DNA of 64,000 nucleotides from an uncultured Bacilli bacterium (GCA_934140575.1 CAKPBJ010000001.1:68905-132904); one strand, 5' to 3'; numbered from the stretch's first letter, positions 47,194 through 57,765 are shown. The notes: a model not told the origin generated them from the letters alone. Numbers and translations: made by a program.

Positions 47194-49383
47194 CTATTTT
47201 TGTTTTTTTGCTTGTATTATCGTTGTGACTATTATGATTGATAGTCCTATTACTAATAGATATAACCAAGCTGGTATTGATAACCATACATCTTTTAATT
47301 CATAAATTATATTTAGTATTATCATAATCATTCCCATAATATAGAAACTATTATATTCTTCTTTATATCCAATAATTACTAGAATTATACCTAATGTTAG
47401 GAAATAGATAAATAACATTATGCTTGGTAGATATAAAACTCCACTTATTGCTATTGATAATATTATTCCAATTATTCCAACTATATTTTTATTATCTTTT
47501 CCTTTTACTACATATTTTAGTAATAAGAATAATATATAAAATATTAGTATACTTCTAATTATTGTTGTGATATCAGCATTTACAATTTCTGAATTACATA
47601 GTACTAATAATGGTATAGCTATATAAAAGTATGTTGATGTTTTTATGTCATCAGATTTGGATATTACAATTATAAAACTTAATACCCAAATAAATAATAT
47701 ATTAATTAGATATATATTTAAATTTATTATATTTAAACATATAAATGGTAAGTAAATACTTGATAGTAATAATATATATGAATAAATATTTTTAAATCTA
47801 TTTGATTGTTTTCTTTCTATAATAAATAAATATATACATGGAAGTAATGATATTATAGATACCAAAATATTTGTATTAGTACTTGTAGATAGGAGTGTTA
47901 AGGTTACTGATATCATTAAACTTAATTTGTAAATATTATCATCTTTTTTTAGATAATTAATTAGACTATATATAATTGATGTTAGCGAGAATGCTAAGAC
48001 TAAGTTTGCATTTATTATGTGTTCTGTATCTAATATATTTAAAATTCCTGATACTAGTAAGAATATAGCAACTGGTGTTGTGTATTTTGTCATGTTCACT
48101 GTTTCAAACTTTAATAAATTATTGATTGATAATAAATTAAATAAGATATAGATTGCTGGTACTAAGACTGATACTGATGGGTCTTTACTTGATAATATAC
48201 CAAAACATATAAATGATATAAATGTATATATTATATAACTTAGTTTTTTATTGTTTTTAGAAGTAGTTAGTACATTTTGCATTATTGTTGTTGTATAAAA
48301 TGTCGTACAAATAAAGTCAAATATTAGATTTGTATTTACTGTTCTTAATGGTATTTCAATTAATATGTATGTGAATATTAAGTTTAAACTATTTGTTATG
48401 TTTGAATTTTCTTTTTGGTTTATAGTTAGATATAATAAATTTAAGAAATTAGTAATGGTTGCGAGTAATAAGAAATATATGTTTGCGTCAGTTGAGTATT
48501 TTAATATGAATAAAACTAAGATGTATGATGCTGTTTTTGTAAATATTTTTAGAACATTATTATCTTTAATGCGAATATTTACAAATAATACAACTAATGA
48601 CACTAATGAAATTACTCCCATTACTTCTAAATTTAGATATGTAAGTAAATTATATAATGCAAATATTATTGCGACATATGATAGATATGCTAGATAGTTT
48701 TTATTATATTTTATATAACTAATATATGTAAATAAGCCTATTACTAAATATGTAATAAAGTATGATAATTTAGAACCTATTCCGCTGTATGTTAAGAATG
48801 AACCAAATATACCAAAGTACTGTATAGCGACAATTGATAATGTATAGAATGATATACTTAGTATCCAATACATAAATGATGTTTTATATAGTTTTAATTT
48901 TCTTTCTGTTAATATTGATAGAATTAAAAATGAGAAAGCAAATAATATTAAGACTATTACTTTTATTTTATCTGTAATTATTTCCCATGATGTAGTTGCG
49001 AAAAGCATTCCAGATATTATTACCATTAATACTCCCAATTTTAATAAGTTATCAATTTTTTTTGATTCTTGATTTTCTTTTTTAGGTGGACCATTAATAG
49101 CATTTACAGCTTGTTCATATTTACTTAATTTTCCAATAAATACAAATATTAATATTGAAGGAATTAAATATATTGGTATATTAATAATTCCAAGAATAAT
49201 AAGTGACTTTTTATTATCTATTAAGTCAAGTCCTTTGGTTTCACTTATTGATAATATAATTATTCCTATTACTAGGGTAATTATTCCTATTACTAGACTA
49301 TCTGTTAATATCAATATTATGGCAGATAATAAGTCTAATATTCCTGCTATTTTTAATAAAATTTTATCACTATCCATATACAT
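47194..49383 (-). CDS. large polytopic membrane protein of unknown function
   Basis: 729 aa, roughly 20 predicted TM helices. Confidence 0.4.
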   Translation of the reverse strand: MYMDSDKILLKIAGILDLLSAIILILTDSLVIGIITLVIGIIILSISETKGLDLIDNKKSLIILGIINIPIYLIPSILIFVFIGKLSKYEQAVNAINGPPKKENQESKKIDNLLKLGVLMVIISGMLFATTSWEIITDKIKVIVLILFAFSFLILSILTERKLKLYKTSFMYWILSISFYTLSIVAIQYFGIFGSFLTYSGIGSKLSYFITYLVIGLFTYISYIKYNKNYLAYLSYVAIIFALYNLLTYLNLEVMGVISLVSLVVLFVNIRIKDNNVLKIFTKTASYILVLFILKYSTDANIYFLLLATITNFLNLLYLTINQKENSNITNSLNLIFTYILIEIPLRTVNTNLIFDFICTTFYTTTIMQNVLTTSKNNKKLSYIIYTFISFICFGILSSKDPSVSVLVPAIYILFNLLSINNLLKFETVNMTKYTTPVAIFLLVSGILNILDTEHIINANLVLAFSLTSIIYSLINYLKKDDNIYKLSLMISVTLTLLSTSTNTNILVSIISLLPCIYLFIIERKQSNRFKNIYSYILLLSSIYLPFICLNIINLNIYLINILFIWVLSFIIVISKSDDIKTSTYFYIAIPLLVLCNSEIVNADITTIIRSILIFYILFLLLKYVVKGKDNKNIVGIIGIILSIAISGVLYLPSIMLFIYFLTLGIILVIIGYKEEYNSFYIMGMIMIILNIIYELKDVWLSIPAWLYLLVIGLSIIIVTTIIQAKKQK

Positions 49384-49434
49384 TACCTCTTTATTATATT
49401 ATAAAGATAATAATTGATATTGTCTATTTTTTTA

Positions 49435-50832
49435 TTAATTTTTCTTCAAGACTTTTTCTAATGAAGTTTTTTTATCAACTACTTTTCGTAATATTTCAAC
49501 TCTATCCGTATTATTTAGATCATAGTCTTGACCTACTACTTTTTCATTTACTATGATGTCTACAGGCTTATCTATTAATTCTGGATATATTGTGCAGATA
49601 AAATCAAAGGCTGTTGAACCATATGGTAGTTCTATTGTTCTGTCTTTGTCATATACATAAATATGTTCTGTAAATAATCTTTTATTTGCTTGTGATATAA
49701 AGTCATAATTGTTTTTTGAGTTTTCATCTATTTCCATTAATACTTTTATAAATGGGATGTGTTGTTTTATATATTCTTGAGTTTCTTCTTTTGTCATACC
49801 ATTTTTAATATTCCATAACGCTGATACTCCATAAGCTGTTACTTTATCCATATCATATGTTCTTATTTTTACTTTTGTAGGAATACTATTTGCTGATACT
49901 GTTGTATGTAGAGATTGATAAAGATTCGTTTTTGGATTTGAAATATAGTCTTTTAGTCTTCCATTAATATGTGGGTATTCTCCATGTACAAGACCTAGAG
50001 TTCTATAACAATCATCTACTTCTTCTACTAATATTTTTAAATAAAATAAATCATAAATATTTTCCAATTCATAGCCTTCTAATATTTTTTTATAAGTTGT
50101 ACAGATGTTTTTTGTTCTTAAAAGAATTTGACTAGGTATTTCTTTTGCTTTTAGAATTTCATTGATTTTATATTTTATTTCTTCTAAATGTTCTTTTTTT
50201 TGTTCTTGTAGTTTTTGCTTTTGATATGAAATTTGTTTATATGCATCTGGTTCAATATACTTTAGTGCTAGGTCTTCTAAGTCGCTTTTTATTTTATATG
50301 CTCCTATTGATAAAGCTAGTGGAACGAATATTTCCATTGTTTCTATGGCATTTTCTCTTTGCTTTTCTGCCTTTTTAAAATCTAGCGTTTCCATATTGTG
50401 AAGACGATCTGCTAATTTTATCAATATTATTCTTACATCTTTTGAAAGACCATTTGTGATTTTTCTTGTGTTTGCTAGTACTTGTTCTTCTTTTGTTGAA
50501 AAATTCATTCTTCGCATTTTTGTAACACCATCTACTAATTCTGAAACAGTTGGATTGATTATTCTTGCGATATCTTCTTTTGAAAAATCTTCTCCATCTT
50601 CTATTGTATCGTGAAGAAGACAAGCACAAATTGTATCGGCATCATAAATTTCCATATTAAGTGCATTTTTAGCAACATTCAATGGATGAATTATATAAGG
50701 CTCTCCACTTTGTCTAAATTGATTTTTATGTATATCACTTGCTAGATGAAATGATTTTTTTACATTTTCTAAATCTTGTTCTGTTACATTATGCTTTTTT
50801 AATTCTTCTAAAATATCTTCTATCGTTATCAT
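49435..50832 (-). CDS. Rel/SpoT-homolog catalytic half (HD hydrolase + synthetase) lacking TGS/ACT regulatory C-terminus
   Basis: MITIEDIL..QSGEPYIIHPLNVA HD domain, ..LHDTIED.., synthetase YQSLHTTV; only ~466 aa versus ~730 for full Rel; start at internal Met. Confidence 0.75.
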   Translation of the reverse strand: MITIEDILEELKKHNVTEQDLENVKKSFHLASDIHKNQFRQSGEPYIIHPLNVAKNALNMEIYDADTICACLLHDTIEDGEDFSKEDIARIINPTVSELVDGVTKMRRMNFSTKEEQVLANTRKITNGLSKDVRIILIKLADRLHNMETLDFKKAEKQRENAIETMEIFVPLALSIGAYKIKSDLEDLALKYIEPDAYKQISYQKQKLQEQKKEHLEEIKYKINEILKAKEIPSQILLRTKNICTTYKKILEGYELENIYDLFYLKILVEEVDDCYRTLGLVHGEYPHINGRLKDYISNPKTNLYQSLHTTVSANSIPTKVKIRTYDMDKVTAYGVSALWNIKNGMTKEETQEYIKQHIPFIKVLMEIDENSKNNYDFISQANKRLFTEHIYVYDKDRTIELPYGSTAFDFICTIYPELIDKPVDIIVNEKVVGQDYDLNNTDRVEILRKVVDKKTSLEKVLKKN

Positions 50833-51021
50833 ACGAACCCTCCATATTATAAAAAAACAACTCAAAATTACTTATTGAATCGTTTATATTTTGACATGGT
50901 TGATATATGAATTTTTAATTATATTTAATTTAGACATATATCTCACCTCTTTTTTTATTAATATAAATATATAACAAATATAGGTTTCATTGTCAATGAA
51001 ATATGAAAATTTATTGTTTTT

Positions 51022-51519
51022 TTAATTTGATGATGGGATTTTACTTCCTTTAGCTAGTATTGTTACTGTTGTTTTATCTGTAGTTTCTGTTATTTCTTTA
51101 CCAAGATTATTATTTCTATCTTTATAGTCTTTTATTGTGAATGTTATTTGTTTATTAGTGGTTGGTTGATTTAAAACTTGATAGTATGAAACATAATAAC
51201 CATTTCTTTTATATAGAGTTGTTTCTTTACCATTTATTATTATGGTTGGGTTGGTTCCTAATTGTTCATTAAATTTAAACTTTAAGGTTATTGTATTTCC
51301 TTCTTCGGCATAGTTTGAGTTTGTTTCATTATCACTTGTTATAGTTACATATGTTATTTCTGGTGGTATTTTATCATTCTTGTCTATGGGATTAATAAAA
51401 TTAATTATAGTTTCATTATTTTGATAAACTAAAAAAATCAGTAATAGCATACCTAATATAATTAAAATAATTGTAATTATACTAGATAATTTTTTTTGTT
51501 TCTTTTCTTCTTCTATCAT
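51022..51519 (-). CDS. hypothetical secreted/membrane-anchored protein
   Basis: 165 aa, N-terminal TM. Confidence 0.3.
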   Translation of the reverse strand: MIEEEKKQKKLSSIITIILIILGMLLLIFLVYQNNETIINFINPIDKNDKIPPEITYVTITSDNETNSNYAEEGNTITLKFKFNEQLGTNPTIIINGKETTLYKRNGYYVSYYQVLNQPTTNKQITFTIKDYKDRNNNLGKEITETTDKTTVTILAKGSKIPSSN

Positions 51520-51734
51520 ATTAAAATACCTCTTTATTTATATTAATAGATTATCATTTTTATAAGTTTGTTTCAATAGGTGTTTCTTTATATTTATTAT
51601 TTAGAGGGATGTTTGTTTACATTTAATTTACTATGATTTTTTTAAATGCAATTATCTAAGTTATAATAATTTTTTAATATTTGTGTACTTACTCCTGGAG
51701 AAGATATTACTTAATTCTTATAAAGCTAATATTA

Positions 51735-51780
51735 GTTGTGAAAAAAAAGCAAAATAAAATATTGGAAAAATCCAATATTT
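51735..51780 (-). terminator. rho-independent terminator after 113-aa gene
   Basis: perfect palindrome AAAATATTGGA-AAAA-TCCAATATTTT with T-run on minus strand. Confidence 0.6.
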
Positions 51781-52121
51781 TATTCACTTTTTGTAAGTTG
51801 TCCAATTAAAAGTGTATATGTTCCTTTTTCAACATCTACTTCATAATTTACTATTGCATCTGAATCATCGACTTTATAGCTATATGTATAGATATTTTTA
51901 TCACTTGATACAAATTCTAAGTTGTCTTTTTTTATTGTTTCACTTGAATCTAAAATTATTTTTTCTGCTTTTTGTTTTTTATTTTTATTAGGTTTATCTT
52001 TATTTTCATTTTCTTTTATATTTGAATTATTATTTTCTATTAATAAATTATAGGATATTCCAGATACTATTAATAGAGTTGAGATAATAAATACTATTAA
52101 GATTATTTTTTTTCTTTTCAT
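51780..52121 (-). CDS. hypothetical secreted protein
   Basis: 113 aa with signal peptide/anchor. Confidence 0.3.
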   Translation of the reverse strand: MKRKKIILIVFIISTLLIVSGISYNLLIENNNSNIKENENKDKPNKNKKQKAEKIILDSSETIKKDNLEFVSSDKNIYTYSYKVDDSDAIVNYEVDVEKGTYTLLIGQLTKSE

Positions 52122-52133
52122 TTCGTTCTCCTT

Positions 52134-53969
52134 TTATCTGTATTTCCATCCTTTAGGTATATATGATAAATGTTTTAAATCTGAGTTTATACAAATCACA
52201 TCACTGACATTGCCTGCTTTATCTTCCATTGTCATACATTCTTGTGTTCTACTTAAACCTTGTAAGTATGAGAAAGTACAATTATCTAGATTAAGATTCC
52301 CATAGCGTTGTGAATATGGGCCACGATAATTACCAGTAGTATTTTTATCTGTTGTACATGTTTTTTCCTTTGAACTAAGATTACATCCAGATTTACTATC
52401 AAAACATTCAAGAACAAAATAGTAGAAAATTCTTCCTGTTGTTTGGAAAGCAGTATCACAATTTGCAGGACCGTTTGCTGTATTTATTCCACTACAATTT
52501 CTTCCTGTCATTAAAACAATGTCATTTTTGTGTTTATTATACATACTTTCATATGGTGATCCTTTATAATATTGGTATCCCATTGCAGTATATTTATCAT
52601 ATAATTGGAATACTGTACTAAAATCTCTAATACCAATTATTGGTTTTGTTCTATCAATGTTTATTATTGCATTAGATTTATTACACATTTTAAAGTTTCC
52701 TGCATTATCTTGGATTTTTATATTTACATTTGCTGTTCTAGCTTCTTCTGTGAATGTTTTTGTAAATATACCTTTTGCACATCCACTAGTAGAATCTTGA
52801 CAGTTAACGCCTATTGTTCTAGTTTGATTTGTCCAATCATTTGCAGAACCTTCTCCTACCCAATTTCCACATGTAGGTGCTGTCTTATCAATTCTAATCA
52901 TTGTTCTATTACTTGCTGAACATACATTTCCATTTACACAAAGTCTAATATATACATATTGATTTCTTTCTTTTGAAAAATCATTTGTTTCAAATTTAGT
53001 TTTATTAGAATTTTTATAAGCTACCCATGATGTTTCAGGATTTGTTCCGATTTCTGTTGCATTTGCATTGTATGTGTATTGATAACTATCAACATTTTTT
53101 GTATCATCACTAGGTGTTAATGTTAAGTTAAATGCATTATTAGTCCACATTTCTTTTGATGGATTTTCAATGTTTGGAGCTGCTGGAGGATTAATAATAG
53201 CTTCTTTTGTATTAATAATTACTGTTTGGAAGTTACTATAGTCTGAACATTTTGATTCACTTTCACAAACTCTCCATGCAATTTTTACTGTTCCATCTTC
53301 TTTAATATTTAAATACTCTGTTTTTTCATTTTGTTTTGTGATTTTTCCATCTACTTTTAATTTATATTCATAATGATCTACATTTGTTGTTGTAGATGTT
53401 GCGGATGGAATTGAAATTACTGGTACTTTACTTTCTTGACCAGATACATAATTTTTTAATGTTTTTGAGGTTTCTATAGTTGGCTCTGTTATTTTATCAT
53501 TCCAGCTATATAATTTTACAAGAGGTGGATTTAATTCATTATCATCAAATTCACAACTACTTATTTTTGTTTGTGTTCCTTCTGGAAATGAATATTCCAT
53601 TTTATAGTTATGGCAACATAGTCTAACTTTATAACTGTTTTCATTAAGTGTAGACCCATCACCTTCTTCATGAATTATTTTTACATTTCCATCACAAGTT
53701 TTTCCTCTTTTTCCTGGATCTTCTGTTTGTTTAAGATAATTTTCTTTTACAAGTTCGCTTATTTCTAATTGAGATACCGCTCCATTATCCATCATGTATT
53801 CTTCAACAGAACTTGTAACACTCTTAGCCATTGTATCATAAGATTGATGTTTTGCTTTTGTACTATATCTACCATAAGCCATAATAGCTAAACATATCAA
53901 TATGCCAAGAATTAAAATTACTCCTAATAATTCAACCAAAGAAAATCCCTTTTCATTTTTTCTTTTCAT
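52134..53969 (-). CDS. large (611 aa) type IV pilin/pseudopilin-like protein with Cys-rich C-terminal domain
   Basis: class III signal: MKRKNEKG|FSLVELLGVILILGIL with Glu at +5; long extracellular domain with >25 Cys. Confidence 0.6.
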   Translation of the reverse strand: MKRKNEKGFSLVELLGVILILGILICLAIMAYGRYSTKAKHQSYDTMAKSVTSSVEEYMMDNGAVSQLEISELVKENYLKQTEDPGKRGKTCDGNVKIIHEEGDGSTLNENSYKVRLCCHNYKMEYSFPEGTQTKISSCEFDDNELNPPLVKLYSWNDKITEPTIETSKTLKNYVSGQESKVPVISIPSATSTTTNVDHYEYKLKVDGKITKQNEKTEYLNIKEDGTVKIAWRVCESESKCSDYSNFQTVIINTKEAIINPPAAPNIENPSKEMWTNNAFNLTLTPSDDTKNVDSYQYTYNANATEIGTNPETSWVAYKNSNKTKFETNDFSKERNQYVYIRLCVNGNVCSASNRTMIRIDKTAPTCGNWVGEGSANDWTNQTRTIGVNCQDSTSGCAKGIFTKTFTEEARTANVNIKIQDNAGNFKMCNKSNAIINIDRTKPIIGIRDFSTVFQLYDKYTAMGYQYYKGSPYESMYNKHKNDIVLMTGRNCSGINTANGPANCDTAFQTTGRIFYYFVLECFDSKSGCNLSSKEKTCTTDKNTTGNYRGPYSQRYGNLNLDNCTFSYLQGLSRTQECMTMEDKAGNVSDVICINSDLKHLSYIPKGWKYR

Positions 53970-54052
53970 ATAGACATACCCTTTCTAGTAAAATATGCCC
54001 TTTTATGATATAAACATTTTTTATTATATTATTATTTTTTCACTATATATTT

Positions 54053-54109
54053 ACACCTACAATATATATTTACATTTATAATATATATTTATTTTTCTTA
54101 TTATATCTA
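54053..54109. repeat. three imperfect tandem 19-bp repeats (TATATATTTACANNTANAA) plus further TTTACA motifs upstream of the pilin-like gene
   Basis: TATATATTTACACCTACAA / TATATATTTACATTTATAA / TATATATTTATTTTTCTTA; TTTACA also at 54127 and 54162. Confidence 0.4.
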
Positions 54110-54295
54110 CACCATATTTACATATCCTACTTACAATATGATGATAACATTTTTACAATTTAAAATCAATCATGTTATAGATAATAAAATACAAATAAAT
54201 TTTTCTTATCAAATGTCCATTTTTTAACACTAAATTTATTTGTTTTACTATCACAACGAATGCTTTTTTTATTATAAAAAAAAGAAAATTATTTA

Positions 54296-54937
54296 CTAAT
54301 CTTCTTCATCTATTTTATTTAATTTACCCTCTTCAAGTTCATATATTTCATCATATAAATCTTTTGCCCTATCACTAGTATGTGTAGAAATTATTAGAGT
54401 TCTTCCTTCGCTTTTTATTTTTTTCAAGTAGTCATAAATCATGGCTAAACTACCTTTATCAATACCACTAAATGGTTCATCTAATATTACATATTTTTGA
54501 TGTTCCATTATGGCTTGACATATACCTAATTTTTTTCTCATCCCTAAACTATATTTATAATACTTTTTATCTTTTTCTTCTAATAAATTAACATTTTTTA
54601 ATTCTTCAATAATTTCATTATCATCAATTGTTTTATTAATAGTCGCTAAAAGTTTAAGATTATCAAATCCAGTTAAATTTGGTACGAATCCACTATTATC
54701 TAGTAAAACACCTGTATTATCTGGGAATGTTTCTTCTTTATTAATATCTTTACCATCATAGATAATTGTTCCTTGATCAGGAGTAATAAATCCACTCATA
54801 ACTTTTAATAGAACTGACTTTCCACTTCCGTTTTGTCCAATAATACCATATATTTTTCCTTCTTCAAAATTAATACTGATATCATCTAAAATTTTTCTTT
54901 CATCATATGACTTAGTTATATTTTTTATTTCTATCAT
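54296..54937 (-). CDS. ABC transporter ATP-binding protein
   Basis: Walker A GQNGSGKS, signature YSLGMRKK, Walker B ILDEPFSG; 213 aa. Confidence 0.8.
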   Translation of the reverse strand: MIEIKNITKSYDERKILDDISINFEEGKIYGIIGQNGSGKSVLLKVMSGFITPDQGTIIYDGKDINKEETFPDNTGVLLDNSGFVPNLTGFDNLKLLATINKTIDDNEIIEELKNVNLLEEKDKKYYKYSLGMRKKLGICQAIMEHQKYVILDEPFSGIDKGSLAMIYDYLKKIKSEGRTLIISTHTSDRAKDLYDEIYELEEGKLNKIDEED

Positions 54938-55577
54938 AATAAATACCTCCTATTAAATATAAAAATTTATTATTCTTAAAATATGAAAATAATATAATTA
55001 TAATATCCATAATAGTAATAAATATTAAATAATAAAGATTACTTATAATACACTTTGGTATAAATATAATACTTAATATAAGTATTATATAAAAAAGTAT
55101 TTCTTTTTTTCTAAATAAACAAGTTAATAATACTAAACTCATTACTAATAATGAATAAGATATATCATGAATATAATAACTTAGAATTAAACTTATATTA
55201 GTATTAAATAATAATATAAATATAATATATTCTATACTTTTCATAATTAAAATAATAATTATATATGAAATAATCTTTATAATTAACCATTTATACATAG
55301 ACATTCTAGTAAATAATAACGGAAACATATTTTTTAAATCTTTTTCTAAAAGAAATACAAATATATAAATATATGTAACTATATTAAGTAAATAAGAAAA
55401 TACTGTAATAAGATCTGTATTTTCTATAGTTAAATCTAAACCTAGAATATATTTAGGTTGCATAAGTGTATTTCTAGTAAATAAAAATAAAGAAATCATT
55501 AATATATTAAATATTACAATTATATTTTTCTTTTTACTAAATATATACATTAAGTCTCCACTTATAATTGATTTCAT
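54912..55577 (-). CDS. ABC-2-type permease-like membrane protein (component 3)
   Basis: 221-aa polytopic, overlaps ATPase gene start. Confidence 0.4.
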   Translation of the reverse strand: MKSIISGDLMYIFSKKKNIIVIFNILMISLFLFTRNTLMQPKYILGLDLTIENTDLITVFSYLLNIVTYIYIFVFLLEKDLKNMFPLLFTRMSMYKWLIIKIISYIIIILIMKSIEYIIFILLFNTNISLILSYYIHDISYSLLVMSLVLLTCLFRKKEILFYIILILSIIFIPKCIISNLYYLIFITIMDIIIILFSYFKNNKFLYLIGGIYYDRNKKYN

Positions 55578-56311
55578 TTTTTCCTCCTAGTGATTATTTT
55601 CATTGAAATATAGTTAATTAATATTAATAATAATATACATAGGATTGATGAAATTAAATCATATTTAAAACTTTTAAAAGACATCAAACCTAAAATATAA
55701 TAAATATTTAATGATACACCCATATTAGTATTAAAAATATCTAGATATAATCCTGCTAAGAAAATAAAATCAAAGATAAAAACTTTATATTTTAATTTAC
55801 CATATAGAATTGTATTAAATGTACAAATAGCACAACTAATTATAGTTAATCTAATAGTAAAATAAATTAAGAATAATACTTTACTAATATTATAATTACC
55901 ATATTGAGTATTATTAATATAACCAAGATGTCCTAAATATATAAATGAATATATAAGTATAAATGTTAGGAATAAATAAAATAATGTGACTAATATAGTT
56001 TCTTTAATTCTAAATACTATTATATTATATTTATTTTTCATTCTTATTTCTTGAAAGTATGATACTTTATCTAATAGTTTATTAAAAGATATAGTATTTA
56101 CAAGTAATAATACAAAAAATATAAGTAAAAATGTTGGGAAAGAAAGTACATTTAAAATTCCATCAATAGTATCTTTATCACTTCTACCTAATAAAGCACT
56201 ATAAATAGACAATAATACAGTTATAAAATATATTTCTTTAAATCTACCTTTATTTATATAGTAAGAAATAAAACTACTATATCTTTGAAGTTTGCTTTTC
56301 AATTTCTTCAT
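55574..56311 (-). CDS. ABC-2-type permease-like membrane protein (component 2)
   Basis: 245-aa polytopic, overlapping neighbours. Confidence 0.4.
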   Translation of the reverse strand: MKKLKSKLQRYSSFISYYINKGRFKEIYFITVLLSIYSALLGRSDKDTIDGILNVLSFPTFLLIFFVLLLVNTISFNKLLDKVSYFQEIRMKNKYNIIVFRIKETILVTLFYLFLTFILIYSFIYLGHLGYINNTQYGNYNISKVLFLIYFTIRLTIISCAICTFNTILYGKLKYKVFIFDFIFLAGLYLDIFNTNMGVSLNIYYILGLMSFKSFKYDLISSILCILLLILINYISMKIITRRKK

Positions 56312-57221
56312 AGAACTTATCCTTTCTTCTATATTTACACACTATATATATAGAAGGAATAATTAATAAAATTAATAAATTTACAAATATTAATAAATAA
56401 TTATTAATTTCATTAAAACTAGCATAACCAAATATATTAAAAGTTCCTGCATAAACATCCATTTTTATAATCTTACCAAAAATATAATTACCAATTATAT
56501 AATCAAATATGCCTAAAGCAATACATAATAAATAAGACTTTATAATGGCAACTATAGTATTGTTTTCTTTAATATAACAAATAAATGCAATAAGTCCATA
56601 AAATATACATGTTAAGTATGTTGCGCTACATACAATTATAAAATAAAATTGATAATGATTTTCTATTGCTTTACTGTATACTGCAATTCCTTTATTAACG
56701 CTATCTATATTAAAATTAAATCCTGTTATAAAGCACGATATTAATACAATAATTATTAAGGATACAGGATATAATAAAGAGTATATGAATATTTCACTTA
56801 ATTTACTATGTAGATATTTTTTATAACCTTTTCTTAATATAATACTTTGATAAAACTTAGTTTTAATATCTGAACTTAGAGATTTAACAACTAATATTAC
56901 TATGAATAATGGAAAGAAAAATCCTATAACACTAAAAAGATTATTCTGGATAATTTCTGATGATAATGTAATTGTATCTAGTGTTTTTCTTGTATTTACA
57001 GAAGCATATTTTAAAAAATCTTTATAGGATTCTTTATCATAGACACCATTATCATTACAAAACTTAGTATCTTGTTTTATTTTACACTTTTCTATTACCA
57101 TAGAATCTAATTCCATTAGTTCTTTAGAAAATTTTGGATGCATATATTCATAAAAAGATATACCAATAATGATAAAGATAAATAATGAAATTATTATAAA
57201 AGTTTTTTTATTATATAACAT
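56277..57221 (-). CDS. ABC-2-type permease-like membrane protein (component 1)
   Basis: 314-aa, N-terminal TM, extracytoplasmic segment, further TMs. Confidence 0.4.
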   Translation of the reverse strand: MLYNKKTFIIISLFIFIIIGISFYEYMHPKFSKELMELDSMVIEKCKIKQDTKFCNDNGVYDKESYKDFLKYASVNTRKTLDTITLSSEIIQNNLFSVIGFFFPLFIVILVVKSLSSDIKTKFYQSIILRKGYKKYLHSKLSEIFIYSLLYPVSLIIIVLISCFITGFNFNIDSVNKGIAVYSKAIENHYQFYFIIVCSATYLTCIFYGLIAFICYIKENNTIVAIIKSYLLCIALGIFDYIIGNYIFGKIIKMDVYAGTFNIFGYASFNEINNYLLIFVNLLILLIIPSIYIVCKYRRKDKFYEEIEKQTSKI

Positions 57222-57264
57222 ATTACCTCCAATAAAATGTAGGGGAGAGTTTTAATAAAATTAT

Positions 57265-57666
57265 TTAGTTAATTTGCCAATTTCCAACAAATCTACATGA
57301 TTCTACACTATTGCTTACTTTTAAATTTAATTTATATTGAGCATTTGCTGTTTTCATTCTTTCACCAGTTAATTCTCTCGCACTGCTTGAAAGGTTAACC
57401 CAATTTCCTCTTCCTGAATTATCAGATACTTTAATACCTCTTCCTTGAACTGATAGGTTTGTACCACTAACAACACCATAACAAGAATTCTTACTAGCAT
57501 ATTGTAGAGATGAAGTGCTTTTTTGGTGACCACTTGTATAATATAATCCAAGATTGTCTACTGTTACTGCACCTATTCCTATCGCATCAATATTTAACAT
57601 AGATAATGTAACTGTTAATATCATTAACATAAATGTGTGTTTAATATATTTCATTTGCACACACAC
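57265..57666 (-). CDS. small secreted protein with two Cys; candidate Sec-dependent bacteriocin-like protein (lactococcin 972-like architecture)
   Basis: signal peptide, ~100-aa mature Gly/Ser/Asn-rich beta-type domain, immediately followed by membrane + ABC ATPase genes. Confidence 0.3.
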   Translation of the reverse strand: MCVQMKYIKHTFMLMILTVTLSMLNIDAIGIGAVTVDNLGLYYTSGHQKSTSSLQYASKNSCYGVVSGTNLSVQGRGIKVSDNSGRGNWVNLSSSARELTGERMKTANAQYKLNLKVSNSVESCRFVGNWQIN

Positions 57667-57719
57667 TTTGTTCTTTTAGCGTCCTCACCTTACAAGTTAA
57701 TTATATCAGATTTTATGAA

Positions 57720-57755
57720 ATTGAATATAAAAAAAGAAAATTATTTACTAATTTT
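57720..57755 (-). terminator. rho-independent terminator after valS
   Basis: AAAGAAAATTAGTAAATAATTTTCTTT hairpin then T7 on minus strand. Confidence 0.55.
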
Positions 57756-57765
57756 CTTTTTATAA

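Noticed and set aside
50375-50629. 84-aa Arg/Lys-rich ORF nested inside the Rel-homolog gene
   Set aside because: Lies entirely within a well-supported conserved CDS; its composition is typical of out-of-frame AT-rich translation.
54271-54300. Shared 23-nt string AAAAAAGAAAATTATTTACTAAT at the 3' ends of the ABC ATPase gene and valS (57721-57745)
   Set aside because: Short AT-rich match at gene ends; likely coincidental convergence of terminator-like sequence rather than a mobile repeat.
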